Origin: Heptranchias perlo
Lineage: Eukaryota
Direction: 5' to 3'
Assembly (NCBI RefSeq): GCF_035084215.1
Contig: NC_090341.1
Location: 22,630,001 to 22,694,000, forward strand
Length of the DNA: 64,000 nt
Shown: in pieces, positions 11,274 to 24,149 of the stretch
Layout of the letters: every line of letters starts with the position of its first letter
Position numbering within the stretch: the first letter of the stretch is position 1
The notes under the pieces: model-generated
Told to the model about the DNA's origin: nothing
Databases searched by the model: none
The model's input: the letters and a program-made list of their open reading frames with translations, nothing else
Translations under genes and position numbers: made by a program

Positions 11274-11847
11274 CTGCTACATAAGATTGCCATTAGTACA
11301 TTCTGCCAAGGTCTAAGAACACAACCCTATTTAATAATGTTTTCTAAAAACTTGTTTCTAAACTGTACAGATCTACGTTTCAAGAAAAAAACTCCCCTGA
11401 TTATTTTCATATCTTCACATAGAAACAATGATTCATTTAAAAAAGCACACCTGTGCTGCAGGTATCAGGTCAACACTTCAAAACCAGCTGCCAGCAACAC
11501 TGAGTTACACTGGCAGCTCCACACTGCTATGCATTCAAGCAAAGTTGAACTCTGCCCATGTGACTTTAAAATGAACAGTGCCCTGTGATTTTTCAAATGG
11601 ATGATTGCCCAGTGATGTGTATATGGAAGAACAAATGAGGAAGAATGTACTTAGCTACTCTACTCGTAAACAAAGGTTATTTGATTCACTTTTTCGTAAA
11701 TTGCAGATTGGTAGCCCAAGATGTTCAATGAATAATACACACTGCAACAATATTTTGAAAAAGCAACATGCTTGTATTACTATTAAATACCTATGGAAGT
11801 GTAATTAATTAAGATCACTGAAGATACTTATGGCACTTATACAATAC

Positions 11848-11980
11848 CTTTGCTTCATTGCGAATATAAACACCTTTCTGATGCCCTCCTCCAGAAGTTT
11901 TTTCTAGAGCTTCAGATTGATTTCCAGATTTTTCCCAACCTAATACATGCCCAACTTGGTGATGTGGTTCAGTAACATGG
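11848..11980 (-). CDS. FAM120A: FAM120A exon 8 (133 nt, NHVTEPHHQVGHVLGWEKSGNQSE...RNEAK)
   Basis: Acceptor ttttctccctag|C and donor AAG|GTATTG; phase 2 to 0 fits both neighbours. GWEKxG motif present. Confidence 0.85.
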
Positions 11981-14052
11981 CTAGGGAGAAAATCAACACA
12001 AACACAGAAATTTAAACTGCTCTGCTCAACATTAGACATCTAGATGAAAAATAAATAGAACATTATTTTAGATTTCCTGCATTTGCAGTTTTTTTTCTCC
12101 CCAGCCCTAGTTCCCTTCCCATTATCTTTTCACTACCCTTGCTTAACTATTTTCACAACCTTTTGCCTCACTGAGATGATCTCCATCCATCATCCACCAG
12201 TTTTTAGATTGTCCCAGCTTTTCCAAAATACTGTAGAGGCAGCTAACCCATTATATCCTTTTCTCCGCCACACCCCTTTTGTTTTGTTCAGTTCAATATG
12301 TAGACACGCACAAGCTGATATGCTGTGATGTTGCTCATGGTGCGTTGGATGTTTTATAAGAGCAGGACTGTTATGCCAGCAGGGACACTGATTTGCCAGT
12401 GCTGATGGTGCTCTGGGTGTGTATGTTTTTTATATATCTATGTATCTAGATCTTATCTAATCTATATCATAAATATCATATTTTTGTTTTTTTGTTTTCA
12501 TTATGCTAGTTTTATTGTAAAAATGTGATTCATATCTGAAGAATAGATAATATTAATACAAGCATTTCTCAACTGGGTCTAACATTTTTGTGGCAGAAGC
12601 TCACAAATTGATGACATTTTGTAAGTCTTGATGTAGCATCCATAATTCACGAAAGAATCAAGGCCAATTAAATTCAATGCACCCAAGTCCATTCTTTGAA
12701 TGAACCTTATCACGTACTAATTTCAAAGCAAAATGGAATACAAATTTTAAAAATAATTTTGTACTATAAAAAGCTGCATGGCCAGTTCCTTAAAATTATC
12801 AAAACTGCTGCTCTATTTTAGTCATTTTTTTAAAAAACAGCAACCAGATCATTCATCAAACATAGATATTCTCCAACTGTTTAAAGTGCCAATAAAACTA
12901 CAGCAGAGTTTGGATCTTAGAGACTAACTTTCCATACACTTAATTCTGATGTATTCAGAGGTCAAAGCATAACCAACTGTATTCATCTGACAAGTACAGC
13001 GCCAAAGTATTAGTAATTTTCTTTTCTATCACAGATTTTGATCTGTTGAGCACTTAAACCTAGTTCCAGCTCCAAATTGAATGCTTTTCAGCTTTCAGTA
13101 TGCACCACTCTTCCATCTAACACATGAAAAACATGTTTTAAAATACAACGGCTAAACATTAAACAAAATTAGGAAGCATATAGTAAAGATCATTTATCCA
13201 TCTAAAGCATTCTTGGAACAAACTTGGAACAAACAAGGTACTAGCACAATATTATAAGGGTGCACACAAACACTAGTAAGTGGAAAAATGATTCATTAAA
13301 ATCCAACCAGTTTTGATGAGACTTGTTCCCATCATGATGATTTCAAGTAAATGTTTAAAAATACGATCAAAAATTAAAATCTACCAACTAAGCTTGCTGG
13401 AAGTTGGTGTAACATTTTACACCAAGCCCAAGTATAGTTTATACCAATTAATGAGCATGCTGTTGTCATTGAAAGGAGTGTTTGCTCAGGCCTACTTTTC
13501 ATGTATGCTACACTGCTTACATAATGGAACGAGTAGATTAAAGGAATATTTTGCTAACCACAAAGCTGCTTCCATTGAAAGTTACTATCCTTAGGTCCAG
13601 GTTCTAATTTCTCCGAATACACCATACTGATTGGTTTAATTTGCCTGTACTTTGTTTTCATGGTGTTGTACGATATTTGCTAGATCATTTCAGTAAAATT
13701 GAGAAAATTTTGAGTTGCACTGCAGTTTACTTTTGAAATGATTAAGTTTTACATCATTTTACAAAAGGTGCACTTTTGAACTGTTCAAAAATCTCTCCAC
13801 TGCAAAATTGGTGACAAATTCATACCGTGCCACCATTTTCATTGGTCAGAGACTGCTAGTTGCATTCAATTTCTGCTTCCAAGTCAAAAATATTGTCTTT
13901 TATCAATGTGTTTTCCGTCTAGTTATACAAGGTATCTACATTTCATCAGAAAACTCAATTTATTTAAATAAAACCAGTGCTTCTTACTTTTAATTTAACA
14001 TCTTGTAGTTATTCAATGTAATGTTTTGCCAACAAAGGAGTTAAATACTTAC

Positions 14053-14372
14053 TTAGTAGTACCCCTACTGTTTTCCTCATTGTCGGACGAGGAAGACGTT
14101 GAAGAAGCAGGGAAAAAAGAAGCCTCCATGCCACAGTGATTTGGACTCACAGCTGAAGCCGTAGAAATATTTGGTGAGGAACGCTCATACAAAGGTGTAT
14201 GCTTTCCTTCATGAGGAATGTTGCTGTAACTGTTGCTGGATTCCAGGGTGAGTCTGGGGTCAGACAAGGCAGGCTGGTATGTACCTAATGATGAAGGCTG
14301 ATCTTTGTTAGGCGAGTACAAGTCTGAAGTTCCCTGTCCTGAAGTGGCAGCTTGGCCAGCAAGTTGTTGGCC
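14053..14372 (-). CDS. FAM120A: FAM120A exon 7 (320 nt, GQQLAGQ...NSYSNIPHEGKHTPLYERSSP...SSTSSSSDNEENSRGTT)
   Basis: Acceptor tttcatcatgtcag|GGC and donor AA|GTAAGT; phase 0 to 2. The NSYSNIPHEGKHTPLYERSSP block is characteristic of FAM120A. Confidence 0.9.
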
Positions 14373-14404
14373 CTGACATGATGAAACAAATAATGGTATC
14401 AAAG

Positions 14405-14715
14405 AGGAACATAGGAACAGGAGTAGGTAATTTAGCCTCTCGAGCCTGTTCTGCCATTCAATGAGATCATGGCTGATCTGTGACCTAACTCCATATATCC
14501 GCCTTAGCCTCATATCCCTTAAGACCTTTGGTTAACAAAAATCTATCAATCTCAGGTTTAAAATTAACAATTGAGCTAGAATCAACTGCCGTTTGCAGAA
14601 GAGAGTTCCAAACTTCTACCACCCTTTGCATGTAGAAGTGTTTCCTAACTTCACTCCTGAAAGTCCTGGCTCTCATTTTTAGGCTATGTCCCCTAGTCCT
14701 AGACTCCCCAACCAG
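14405..14715 (-). mobile_element. CR1 LINE 3' end fragment
   Basis: RKHFYMQRVVEVWNSL plus 3' UTR, closely similar to the reverse complement of 44200-44487. Confidence 0.9.
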
Positions 14716-15659
14716 TGATAGTTACTTTATAATTGTTCTCCATCTTTGAATTTTGTTGAGCCCCCCCAACAAATACCCTGTCAGATACAGTAAACCTACA
14801 TTACTTAATTGACTGCTCAAAAGTAATCCAGTGATTCTCATTTGCTTTGGGACATTTTGAGGCTGTGATAAGGCACTGTATAAATGGAAGTTCGTTCTTC
14901 CTCCTTATCCATTTAAGAGTTTGGCATTATACCGAAGCTTTCTTGATCAGAAAGTGCCCCCATCTCAACTGCATAACTCTGAACAATAAATCAATTCTTT
15001 ATATGATACAGCAGAAACCAGGTTAATGCAACACAGTAATTTAAACACATAAATAAGCTTCAAAGTGCTTCAAGTCAGCAAAATAATCAAGGAAGGAAGG
15101 AATGTAGGTGTGTATGTGGAAGCCAAATAACAAAATCATTTGTTCAATTTCCACATACAGATGAATTATATTAAAGTAGCAGTCCTGAGAAGTTCAGTTC
15201 CCTATCCACTTGGGTGATCTCTGTAGAAAATAAACTTCTAGGTGTATCTGGAGGATTTGAGCTTGAGCATCCTGCCAGTAAATAATATTGTTGCTTTAAA
15301 CCCTTTTGCAAATTTTCGATGTCCCTCAGCGACTTTTCCCCATGAGATAATGTCAATCCTTTTTTGTTTGTCAAGGATGAATAAATTATGAGTTATACCA
15401 ATTTAAAGTATAGTTGGAACTTTTGAAAACACCCAGAATCAGTAACAAATTTAGTTTTCATTGCCTAAAATTTTCAATCCGATTCTTTAACTTGAAATTT
15501 AGAGTTATGGATAGCACCAGCCTTTATCTTAGTTTCTTAAAATCTCATTGTACTGATCCATTAAATCCTGGCATCTATGAAATTTTAATGCAATCAGCAT
15601 TTACGTAGCCACCTGACAACCAGCAATAAAAAAATAAAATTTAAGTAGAAAACTTAGTT

Positions 15660-15980
15660 CAGAATAGTACTGAGGGAGCACTGCACTACTGGTGGTGCTG
15701 TCAAACTAAGGTCTAATTTGCCTGCCTGTAGAACATAATAGATCTCGTGGCACTATCTGTAGAAGAGCTTGAGAGTTCTCCCAATGTCCTGGCCAACATT
15801 TATCTCTCAACGAACACCACTACAACAGATTTTCTGATTATTTATCTCATTGCTGTTTGTAGGATACTACTGTGCACACATTGGCTACATTAAATACTTG
15901 AAAAGTACTTCATTGGCTATAAAGCGCTATGGGTCATCCTATGGATGTTAGAAGTGCTATTTAAGTGCAAGTTCTTTCTC
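15660..15980 (+). mobile_element. Deu-domain SINE, 5'-truncated
   Basis: Similar to 3298-3750 over body and tail. Confidence 0.8.
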
Positions 15981-16361
15981 GTTTTTCTTTCTATGGCAAC
16001 AGGAATCACAAACGAAATGCAAAAGTAAAAAGGAATTAATTATTTTATGTTACCTTAAATAATAATTCTCCCTCCCACAAAAAAAAATCCAAAATCTTGA
16101 GGGCAAGAACAGTACTTTCTAAAAAAAACAGCATCCATCCACTTCCCTAAATGACTTGCCAGCACGAATACATTTGTGGACAAACATCAGAGGTGGAGAT
16201 ATAAATTTCATGTCAACCACATTTAGGATCTAAATCCAGCCCTGAAAACAATATGGAGGGCGCTCTGCCAATATGCCCATCATTCTTACTGAAACATGAT
16301 TTTCCTGTACTGTAGAAAGTGACTCAGATTTAATGGTATCATTCAAGTTAATCAAACTTAC

Positions 16362-16474
16362 CATAGTCTTTGCCTGAAGATGGGATTGTGGAATGTTAAG
16401 CATCTGTGGATGTGGATGTGGATGTGGATAGTGTGGTACAACACCAAGCACTCCAAACTGATTCAGTCTCATTC
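16362..16474 (-). CDS. FAM120A: FAM120A exon 6 (113 nt, GMRLNQFGVLGVVPHYPHPHPHPQMLNIPQSHLQAKTM)
   Basis: Acceptor ccctacacttttaag|GA and donor ATG|GTAAGT; phase 1 to 0. PQMLNIPQ motif is shared with FAM120A. Confidence 0.9.
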
Positions 16475-16799
16475 CTTAAAAGTGTAGGGAAAAAATTGAA
16501 AATTTGTAGCAACCTCAAAGTGACCGGATCAACAAATGTACAACTGCTCTCCGGGTAGAGTAGCATTTTCTTACCGTTGCTATCTGACATTTTGTGAAAG
16601 TGCACAAACACAGTGAGCTACTTGGCTACTGAAGCCAACTCAATCACAGCATTTAAGAAGTAATTAGACAAAAACTTGAAGGAAATATTCAAGTACACTG
16701 GGAAAGAGGGGAGAAAGGGGATGACAGGACACAGCTTCAATGTGGTGTTAACCCTGAAACAGTGCAGAGAAGAACCATAACGCTGATCTCTCGTGGCAG

Positions 16800-17110
16800 A
16801 ACACTGAGCTGTGAGGAAAGGTTTGAAAACTTGGATTCTTCCAACTTGAAAGAAGGTGACCTTCCAGAGGATACAAGATACTAAATAGGATAGAGAAGGT
16901 CAATCCTGAATGTTATTTCAAGTTAAAGACTGATGTAAGGAGGCAGTTCTTCACACAAAGAGTGGTCAATACCTGGAATTGTCTTCTAGGTAAGGTAATG
17001 GAGGCAAAAGCTCACAAGATGGCTAGAAGCTATGTTGGGAACGAGGGCAGGGAAATGATAGGTTTCTATGAAAGGGTAAGCTAAATGCGCTGAATGGCCT
17101 CCCTCGTCTA
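16800..17110 (+). mobile_element. Old CR1 3' fragment
   Basis: ttcttcacacaaagagtggtcaatacctggaat (FFTQRVVNTWN) and tail gctgaatggcct. Confidence 0.6.
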
Positions 17111-17685
17111 TAATTAACTTCTGGATATACATGCTAAAATAATAAGTGAATTAGCTCTGTGTACTGAGTTGATACAGAATCGCTAGGTATGGATTAACAA
17201 AACAAGGATGTTAATTCACTAGGCCTCTGTGCACTACTGACATATAATGATAATTCATGGTACAGCAGAATAGTTATCAAGTCTCTATGAAAGTGCAAAG
17301 CATAAATTTAAATATGAGCCTTTCCTACAAGTCATTTCTTAATAACATTTACATGGAAGACACAAATACAACGCCAGTTTGTCTGCGAAATTACAACACA
17401 GTGGTCAAACTCAAACAAGGAGAGAGGAGGTCCTTGCCATTTTACAAGGGGGCTCTAAAATTGGACTCTCGGGTAGCAAGCCTAAGCAGTAAGTTGTAGA
17501 CTGAAGAAAATTCTCTCGAAAATTTAAATGTAATATTTCTTTAGGTTATTTAAAAAAACGGGAAAACTTATTCCACCCTGTTAAACTACTTTAAAACTGC
17601 AAAATGAAAGCATAACTCTCAAACATTATACCATAAGCAGTTGCACATAAGAGAATCACCCATCATTTCACACTCCAGTATGTAC

Positions 17686-17788
17686 CTGGGAAAGGAGTTG
17701 GACCATGTTGAAATAATGGAAGCTTGCTTGCAATGGAGTAATATTCAACTGCTCTCTTGAATTGTTCAATTTTATCTTCTGTCCTAGA
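17686..17788 (-). CDS. FAM120A: FAM120A exon 5 (103 nt, SRTEDKIEQFKRAVEYYSIASKLPLFQHGPTPFP-G)
   Basis: Acceptor ctgttttcag|TCT and donor CCAG|GTACAT; phase 0 to 1. Matches the FAM120 SRTxDK...YYS motif. Confidence 0.92.
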
Positions 17789-18967
17789 CTGAAAACAGAT
17801 CACACAAGTAACAATAATTCACAGAAGTACACACAAATTAATACTTTTTTTAAAAAAGTTTAAATAAACCCCAATATCAGCAATTTAAACAAATTCTCAA
17901 GAAAATTATTCTTCTGAGCCAAAGCCTGGCACTTGGCATCTAAGCTTAAATAAACGTGCACTGCCAGTAGCTGGATGATGGCAATTATCACTATTCCTGC
18001 ACTGGTGAATATGGCCCAAAATTATATGAATTGTTGGGTTCATCTCATGAAGAACACTAAAGAATTGCCCATTGGGAGGCAGTATATAATACAGTTTTGT
18101 TATGGCTCAGTCCTGAATGCTCATATTATCTATGGTGCTTCCAAATAAGTGCAGGAACATTATGATTATTGGGGAAGGTCACTAGTGACTAAAAGATAAA
18201 ACACTTGATCTTAGAAACTTTCAGATACCAATTCAAGGCTCACACATACTATTTTGTGAATTGTACCTTAAATTGTATGGCATAATACATTAGAGGTCTG
18301 TCTTGAAAGAGATAATGAATCAAAAAAGGTGAGAGAAAGTATGAATTAAGATCAGTGAGCGTTCACCTTGGTACTCTACTCATCATGCGATTTCACCAAT
18401 TTGTACTAATTTAGTTGAGCTTAGCATCTCTTTCAAGCCAGCTCCCCGAGTAAGATAGTCAGTATCCATGCGTAAAAAAATATTTAAAGCAATCAAAAAG
18501 AGAGAAAGAATACCGTTGCACAATAGCAGCACCAAGCAGTCCCAAGTTAGAACCGATCAGGACCCTTAGAAATCCACGATACCTCAAGGCCAATTTTTGC
18601 AGCAAGCCCAACCAAATTCTGCAGCAAGTCTGCACAGGGTTCATGAACATATCAATCTCATAATACTATTTTTCTTAATCGCCCCTCGATTCACAATTTT
18701 TAAAATAATGTGCTACAGTAGTTTTCAATTTTTTCATGTGTATTCTGCAAATGCTAAAATACTCTCAAAGATTCCTTCCAAATGCAAACAGTCCTAGGAA
18801 TCTACTTCAAAGATTAACAGTACCAGGTTCCCCTTATACTAACTTTGAAGAATGTCAGCTACCTAAATGAGAATAATGCTATCTTTGCAGAAAACATTAA
18901 TATACGTCAACAGAATATGTTAAGGCAAAAATACAAGAATCTTCTGAGACCAAGAAAATTTGATGAC

Positions 18968-19664
18968 CTAGGCCCCAATTTTAACTACCTCCACCTGCGA
19001 GTCACCTACTCCCTCTGAGCCCGCTGCCGTGTCCCGATATTAACCTGCTATTTATAGAGCAGGCGAGCAGGACATCCGCAGGAAGGATGCGGGGCCGTAC
19101 TTTAAATATGTAGATCAGGTCTCATGATGTCATCAGCAGCTGATATGCAATTTCGGCTCCTCCATCAGGAAAACCTGTCGGGAGCCAGATCCTGGGCCAG
19201 AAGAGGTCCTTGTGGGCTAGGAGGGGCAGAACTGCTCCTTCGGGCCTCATAAGGAAGTCTTGGGCCTCCCTTATGTTGGGCTACCTCCATCCTGATCATC
19301 AACAGATCCTTTCCCCCACCCCAATCGTGGCTCGAGGCTTCCCCCTCTCCTGATCACTGCAGTCAGACTCCCCCACCCTCCTGATCCCTGCCCAGAGACT
19401 TCCACCCTCCACTGACTGCCAAGGACCATTCTTGCGGGTTCCTGGCTGCGGCCTCCTGCAGCTAGATCGCTAAATGCACATTCCCGCCCACCGGCCAGTT
19501 GTCAAGCTAGCCGGTTGTCGGGCAGGACTCTGCATAGATTATTTAAATGAGGCCTTGCTGTTAAGACTGGAAAGGCTTCCACGTCCCCAGCCTTGCCGGG
19601 TTCATCGTCTGCTACCGGGCTCCCCTGCAACCTTTTTGTCTCCTCGTTAATAGCGAGGACCTAG
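18968..19664. mobile_element. GC-rich non-autonomous DNA transposon (MITE-like)
   Basis: GC-rich block with imperfect terminal inverted repeats ctaggccccaattttaac / gttaatagcgaggacctag. Confidence 0.5.
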
Positions 19665-20919
19665 AATGCAGGGACCTCAGTTTGAAAATCTGCTAAACTG
19701 GTTGGCATTTGTTTAGAAAAACTAAATATCTTACAAGTAGTTCACTTTGGGCAGCTTCAGAGTCGCCCATGGGCTGTTCAACTTCTTACAGTAATAGATG
19801 CCATTTAATACTTAGCTGTCTCACCCAACTTTTCACCCAGCCAGGTAAGACAGCTAGGTAAATTGCTGGCTTTTTAAATACCTGGTATTTAGAACAGTGA
19901 CCACCTAGTATGGTGAGCAGAACGTGATATTAAGACTTGTTCAAACTGAGTTCTCAAATAATAATAGTCTCCCCATCATACCTTTGAAGTGCCAGAGAGC
20001 CAGGAGCTCACTGATGTAATATAGTCACCAGCTAATATTAAATTCAACAACAGGCACTTTCCTGACCAGCCCATTAAACAAATTAATTTTAAATTGGAAA
20101 AACTTCAAGCTGATGTTATGTTCATCAGCATTATTACTATATAGAAAAGAGGCTCAGCAGAGTATCAGGGGCTCATAGGCTGGACTTGGGAGTTCTGCAA
20201 AGTCAACTCAGAATCTGAGTCCGATGGTGTTGGATAACCCCATCCATTTCATACTTTAAACACTTCACCTGCCGAGCAGATAACCAACTCCTAGTCTGCC
20301 AACACAAAGTGTGCTGAATCCAATTATGAAGCCAATTTTCTAATTCCCATCAATTTCTAGACCATTAATTCCTTTAAATTTCACACTTTGCACACGTCAA
20401 TTAGACTCAGAGCTTCTAAGCAGCTGAGAATAATGGAGTCAAATAATCCACACGCATTTCACATCTTGCATAAATCACCTGCAGGTGAAGTATGTAAATT
20501 GCAAAATGAATGTTGTTAACTCAACGCAAATCAAAGGAGATTAGAAAATTGAGGTTACCTAGCACTATTCGGATTCAGAACATCAGGCATACGAGAAAAG
20601 TCCAAGATATTCACAAGTTACAGAAAGCGTACCAACAGTTGATGGAGATTAGGATGAAGTACGTAGGAATGGAAGCAAGAAAAACTAGCAAAGTTGCTAG
20701 CAAACTAGCAGGCTCTAGCAGTTGTGAAGATCAAAAAAGCAAGCTAACATTAAGGGTGGAGACCACTCTGTCGATATGGTGTTTTGATGGAGGGTCCCTA
20801 CCCCAAACACCAACATGACCCTTCTACCCCACCCAACCCCCAGCACATAAATCTCACATAACGAGCACTTCTTGCTGAAGAGAAAGTGGGAGCTATAGTT
20901 AAGATTTAAAATTATTAAA

Positions 20920-21155
20920 GTTATTGTTAAGGCCAGAGGACTACAAAGTATCTAATAGAAAGATAATGTGCTGGTCCTTGAGCTTGGATTGAGTTTCATT
21001 CGAACAATGTAAAAGGCCAAAGAAAGAGAAATCAGAATGGGAAGGAGAGGAGAATTGAAGTGGCAATCGATTGGGAGCTCAGTGTTGCACTTGCACAGAA
21101 TGGAAGTAGTTGACGAAACGGTCACCTAATCTGAGTTTAGTCTCCCCAAAGTAGG
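20920..21155 (-). mobile_element. Penelope-like element GIY-YIG endonuclease remnant
   Basis: Minus strand reads YFGETKLRLGDRFV, matching the YIGETxRxLxxRFxEH motif. Confidence 0.6.
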
Positions 21156-21758
21156 GAACACTGCTCCTGGCCTGCTTTGTCATTTTCTCATAAATCCATT
21201 TTTATCTGCCTCATCCCCACTTCCTCAACTATTTACCCACTTCCTGTGTCTCAATTTCGCTCATCATGCCTCGCATTGTCTCATGCTAATATCACTTCTG
21301 CCATTCTGGTTTCCAGCCAGAGCAGTAGTACAATTAGCCTCAGCAAACACTGGGCCAGGGAAAAAAAAAAATCAACCAGGAGTCCAACTCCTGAACACTA
21401 TTTAATGATCTCTGCTGAAAGAGTACATGCGGACACTAGACGAAACAATTGGGTCTTCAACTCAATCCAGAAACCCTTGCTGAAAATGCAAACAAACATC
21501 TAGTGAGACAATCAAGTTTAACTGTGATACTGCAGCTAAATAGCCTGCAGTCATTTACTATCAAAGCTCTAACATGGATGAAGGTCACTTGAGGAAGGTA
21601 CCAATGGATGGCCACCAATCATGGCACTGTACCCCAACAAGAAACTCAACATCTTTAGAGTAGCAGAGGGAAGAAAATTGGCAAGAAAAAAATGAAGAGT
21701 GAATATTCATTTATGTAGATTATGTGTTGTATGATTGACTTTTTAATTTGCTACATAC

Positions 21759-21887
21759 CCGAGAACGTTTAAAAACATCTTTTGCAACCGCATCCAAATC
21801 ACCAATATCCTGAATGTTGCGAACATATTCAGCGACTGCTTTTATCACCACGTCACAAGGTGGTAGAACAAGCTGGTGTGCACGTAC
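21759..21887 (-). CDS. FAM120A: FAM120A exon 4 (129 nt, VRAHQLVLPPCDVVIKAVAEYVRNIQDIGDLDAVAKDVFKRSR)
   Basis: Acceptor tttactttcag|GTA and donor CGG|GTATGT; phase 0 to 0. Confidence 0.95.
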
Positions 21888-21959
21888 CTGAAAGTAAAGA
21901 AATCCAAGATTTAAATATATAAAATGTTTCCTGTTCTCCGATCCATCATTTTAGCAGGT

Positions 21960-22870
21960 TATAATAACAACTTGAATTTATACAGCACCTTTAACATAGA
22001 AAAACATCCAAATGAACTTCATACAAACATAATCAGACAAAAATGGACAGTGAGCCAAAGCAGGAGATATTAGGAGGGGTGACTAAAAGCTTGGTCAAAG
22101 AAGTGGGTTTTAAGGACGGTCCTGAAGGAGGAGAGGTAGAGGGGTTTAGGGAGGGAATTCCAGAACATGGGGCGGAAGACACAGCTGCCAATGATGGACA
22201 ATCAGAGGGAGGGAAGGATGCACAACAGGCCAGCATCAGAGGAATGGACAACTCTGGGAGGGTTGAAGGGGATTACAGAGATAGAGAGGGGTGAGGCCAT
22301 GAAGGGATTTAAACACATGGATGAGAATTTTGAATTGGAGGCGTTGGGAACAAATGTAGGTCAATAAGAGAGTGATGGGTCAGAAAAATTTGCTGTGGGA
22401 AAAGATACAGGTAGCAGAGTTTTGGATGAGCTGATGTTTAAGTGGAGGATGGTCAGGTATGGAGGTAACAAAGGCATGGATTAGAGTTTCAGCAACAGAT
22501 GAGCTGCAGCAGCGGTGGTGGTAGGTGGTCTTTCTGATGGGGAGTAGGTGAGGTTGGAAGCTCTGCTAACGATAGAATAGGACATTGAAGTTATAAGCAG
22601 TCTGGTTCAACATGAAGCAGGAGCCGGGGAGTGACAAGGGTACAGAATTTGGGGAGGGGGCTGAAGATGGTGGCTTCAGTCTTCCTAATGTTTAACAGGA
22701 GGAAACCAGAGCTCACTCAAGACTAGATGTCGAACAAACAGTCTGATAGCACAGAGGCAGTGGAGGGGCCGAGAAAGGTGGTGAAGGAGTAGTGCTGGTG
22801 TCATCAGCGTACATGTGGAAACTGACCCTATGTCTTTAAATGGTGTCATCAACGGGCAGCATGTAGATGA
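21960..22870 (-). mobile_element. L2 LINE 3' fragment
   Basis: FHMYADDT motif near 22800-22822 and L2 tail at 21965-21995. Confidence 0.8.
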
Positions 22871-22879
22871 GGAAAGAAA

Positions 22880-23180
22880 GAACGAACTTGCATGTATATA
22901 GTGCCTTTCACAATTCAGGACGTCCCAAAGAGCTTCATAACCAATGAAGTACTTTTGAAGTGTAGTCACTGTTGTAATGTAGAGAAAAACAGCAGCCAAT
23001 TTGTGCACAGCAAGGCCCCTCAAACAGCAATGAGATAAATGTCCAGATAATCTGTTTACTGATGTTGGTTGAAGGATAAATGTTGGCCAGGATACTGGAA
23101 GAACTCCCCTGCTCCTCTTCGAATATTGCTATGGGATGTTTTGCTTCCACCTGAATAGGCAGATGGGGCCTCACTTAAAC
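22880..23180 (-). mobile_element. Deu-domain SINE fragment
   Basis: Reverse complement of the body and tail of 3298-3750. Confidence 0.8.
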
Positions 23181-24118
23181 GTGTCAATTTTGCTTCAAAG
23201 TGCCTAAAGCCTCAATTTTGTGAAGACCTTGTTCTTAATTGGAAATCGCATTAGGCCTCTAATAATCACTTAAAAGTCTTAACACATTAAGGCTGTCTGG
23301 ATTTAAGCAATGAGAAGAGTGCAAGATTTAAATGTTCGACCTGTCATGTTGGATTTCCCATCAAGTGTGTTCCACTGATGAACACCACCAGGTTATCTTC
23401 TATCTCCTAAAATCTCAAATCATATGGGAATATTTGCTAGACATTAAACAAAAATTAAAACATATGTACGTAAAGTGGAATAAAGTCTTAAAATCTACTT
23501 CTTTACACCTGTTAAAAGAACTACTTTTCAATCCTGTTTCATTATAAACTGGTACTGAAGATGACCAAAAGTTACAAGAATAATGAATGTATTAAAACAT
23601 ACAGCTCTAATTTAACCAGTTTAGAATGAAATCTTAGTTGCTATGAATACAGCAGCAGTGCAAAGAGTAAAGTTCAATGTAAGGATATAACTGTGCTGAC
23701 AATGTACAAAAGTTCCATCTGCTTTTGTAAAATTCAAATACAAACTGATGGGATGCTTTCTATTTTTTTGAAAAGAAACCCTTATTACGGATTTGTCTGC
23801 AGCCTTAATTTTAATTGTGGGTGAGCTCAAATGCTGCCATGTGTTGTATTCAATTACAGTTGTGTTTGACTGCCTACTGCACATAGTCAAGGAGTACAAG
23901 ACAGAAGTCATGCACAAACTATATAGCATTCTGGTTAAACCACATTTTGAATACGGTGACTCATTCTGGTCTTCAAAATACAAGACAATCAAGCCCTGGA
24001 AGGAAACTTAAAAAGCCAGAAGGCTGATCCCTGGCATCAAAGAACGTGGGTATGATTAAAGACGAGAGAAAACAAGGCTTTTCAGCTTTAAAGGAAGATG
24101 ACCGAGGGATGTTTTTAG

Positions 24119-24146
<28 letters not shown>
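24119..24146. repeat. (TA)n microsatellite at the end of an old CR1 fragment (about 23880-24110)
   Basis: TA run seen directly; LVKPHFEY motif upstream. Confidence 0.8.

Positions 24147-24149
<3 letters not shown>

Noticed and set aside
11872-11874. Alternative exon 8 donor AAAG|GTGTTT
   Set aside because: Gives phase 1, incompatible with phase-0 exon 9, and is weaker than the donor at 11848.
14049-14513. 154-aa ORF as a standalone protein
   Set aside because: Chimera of a CR1 tail, intron and true exon 7.
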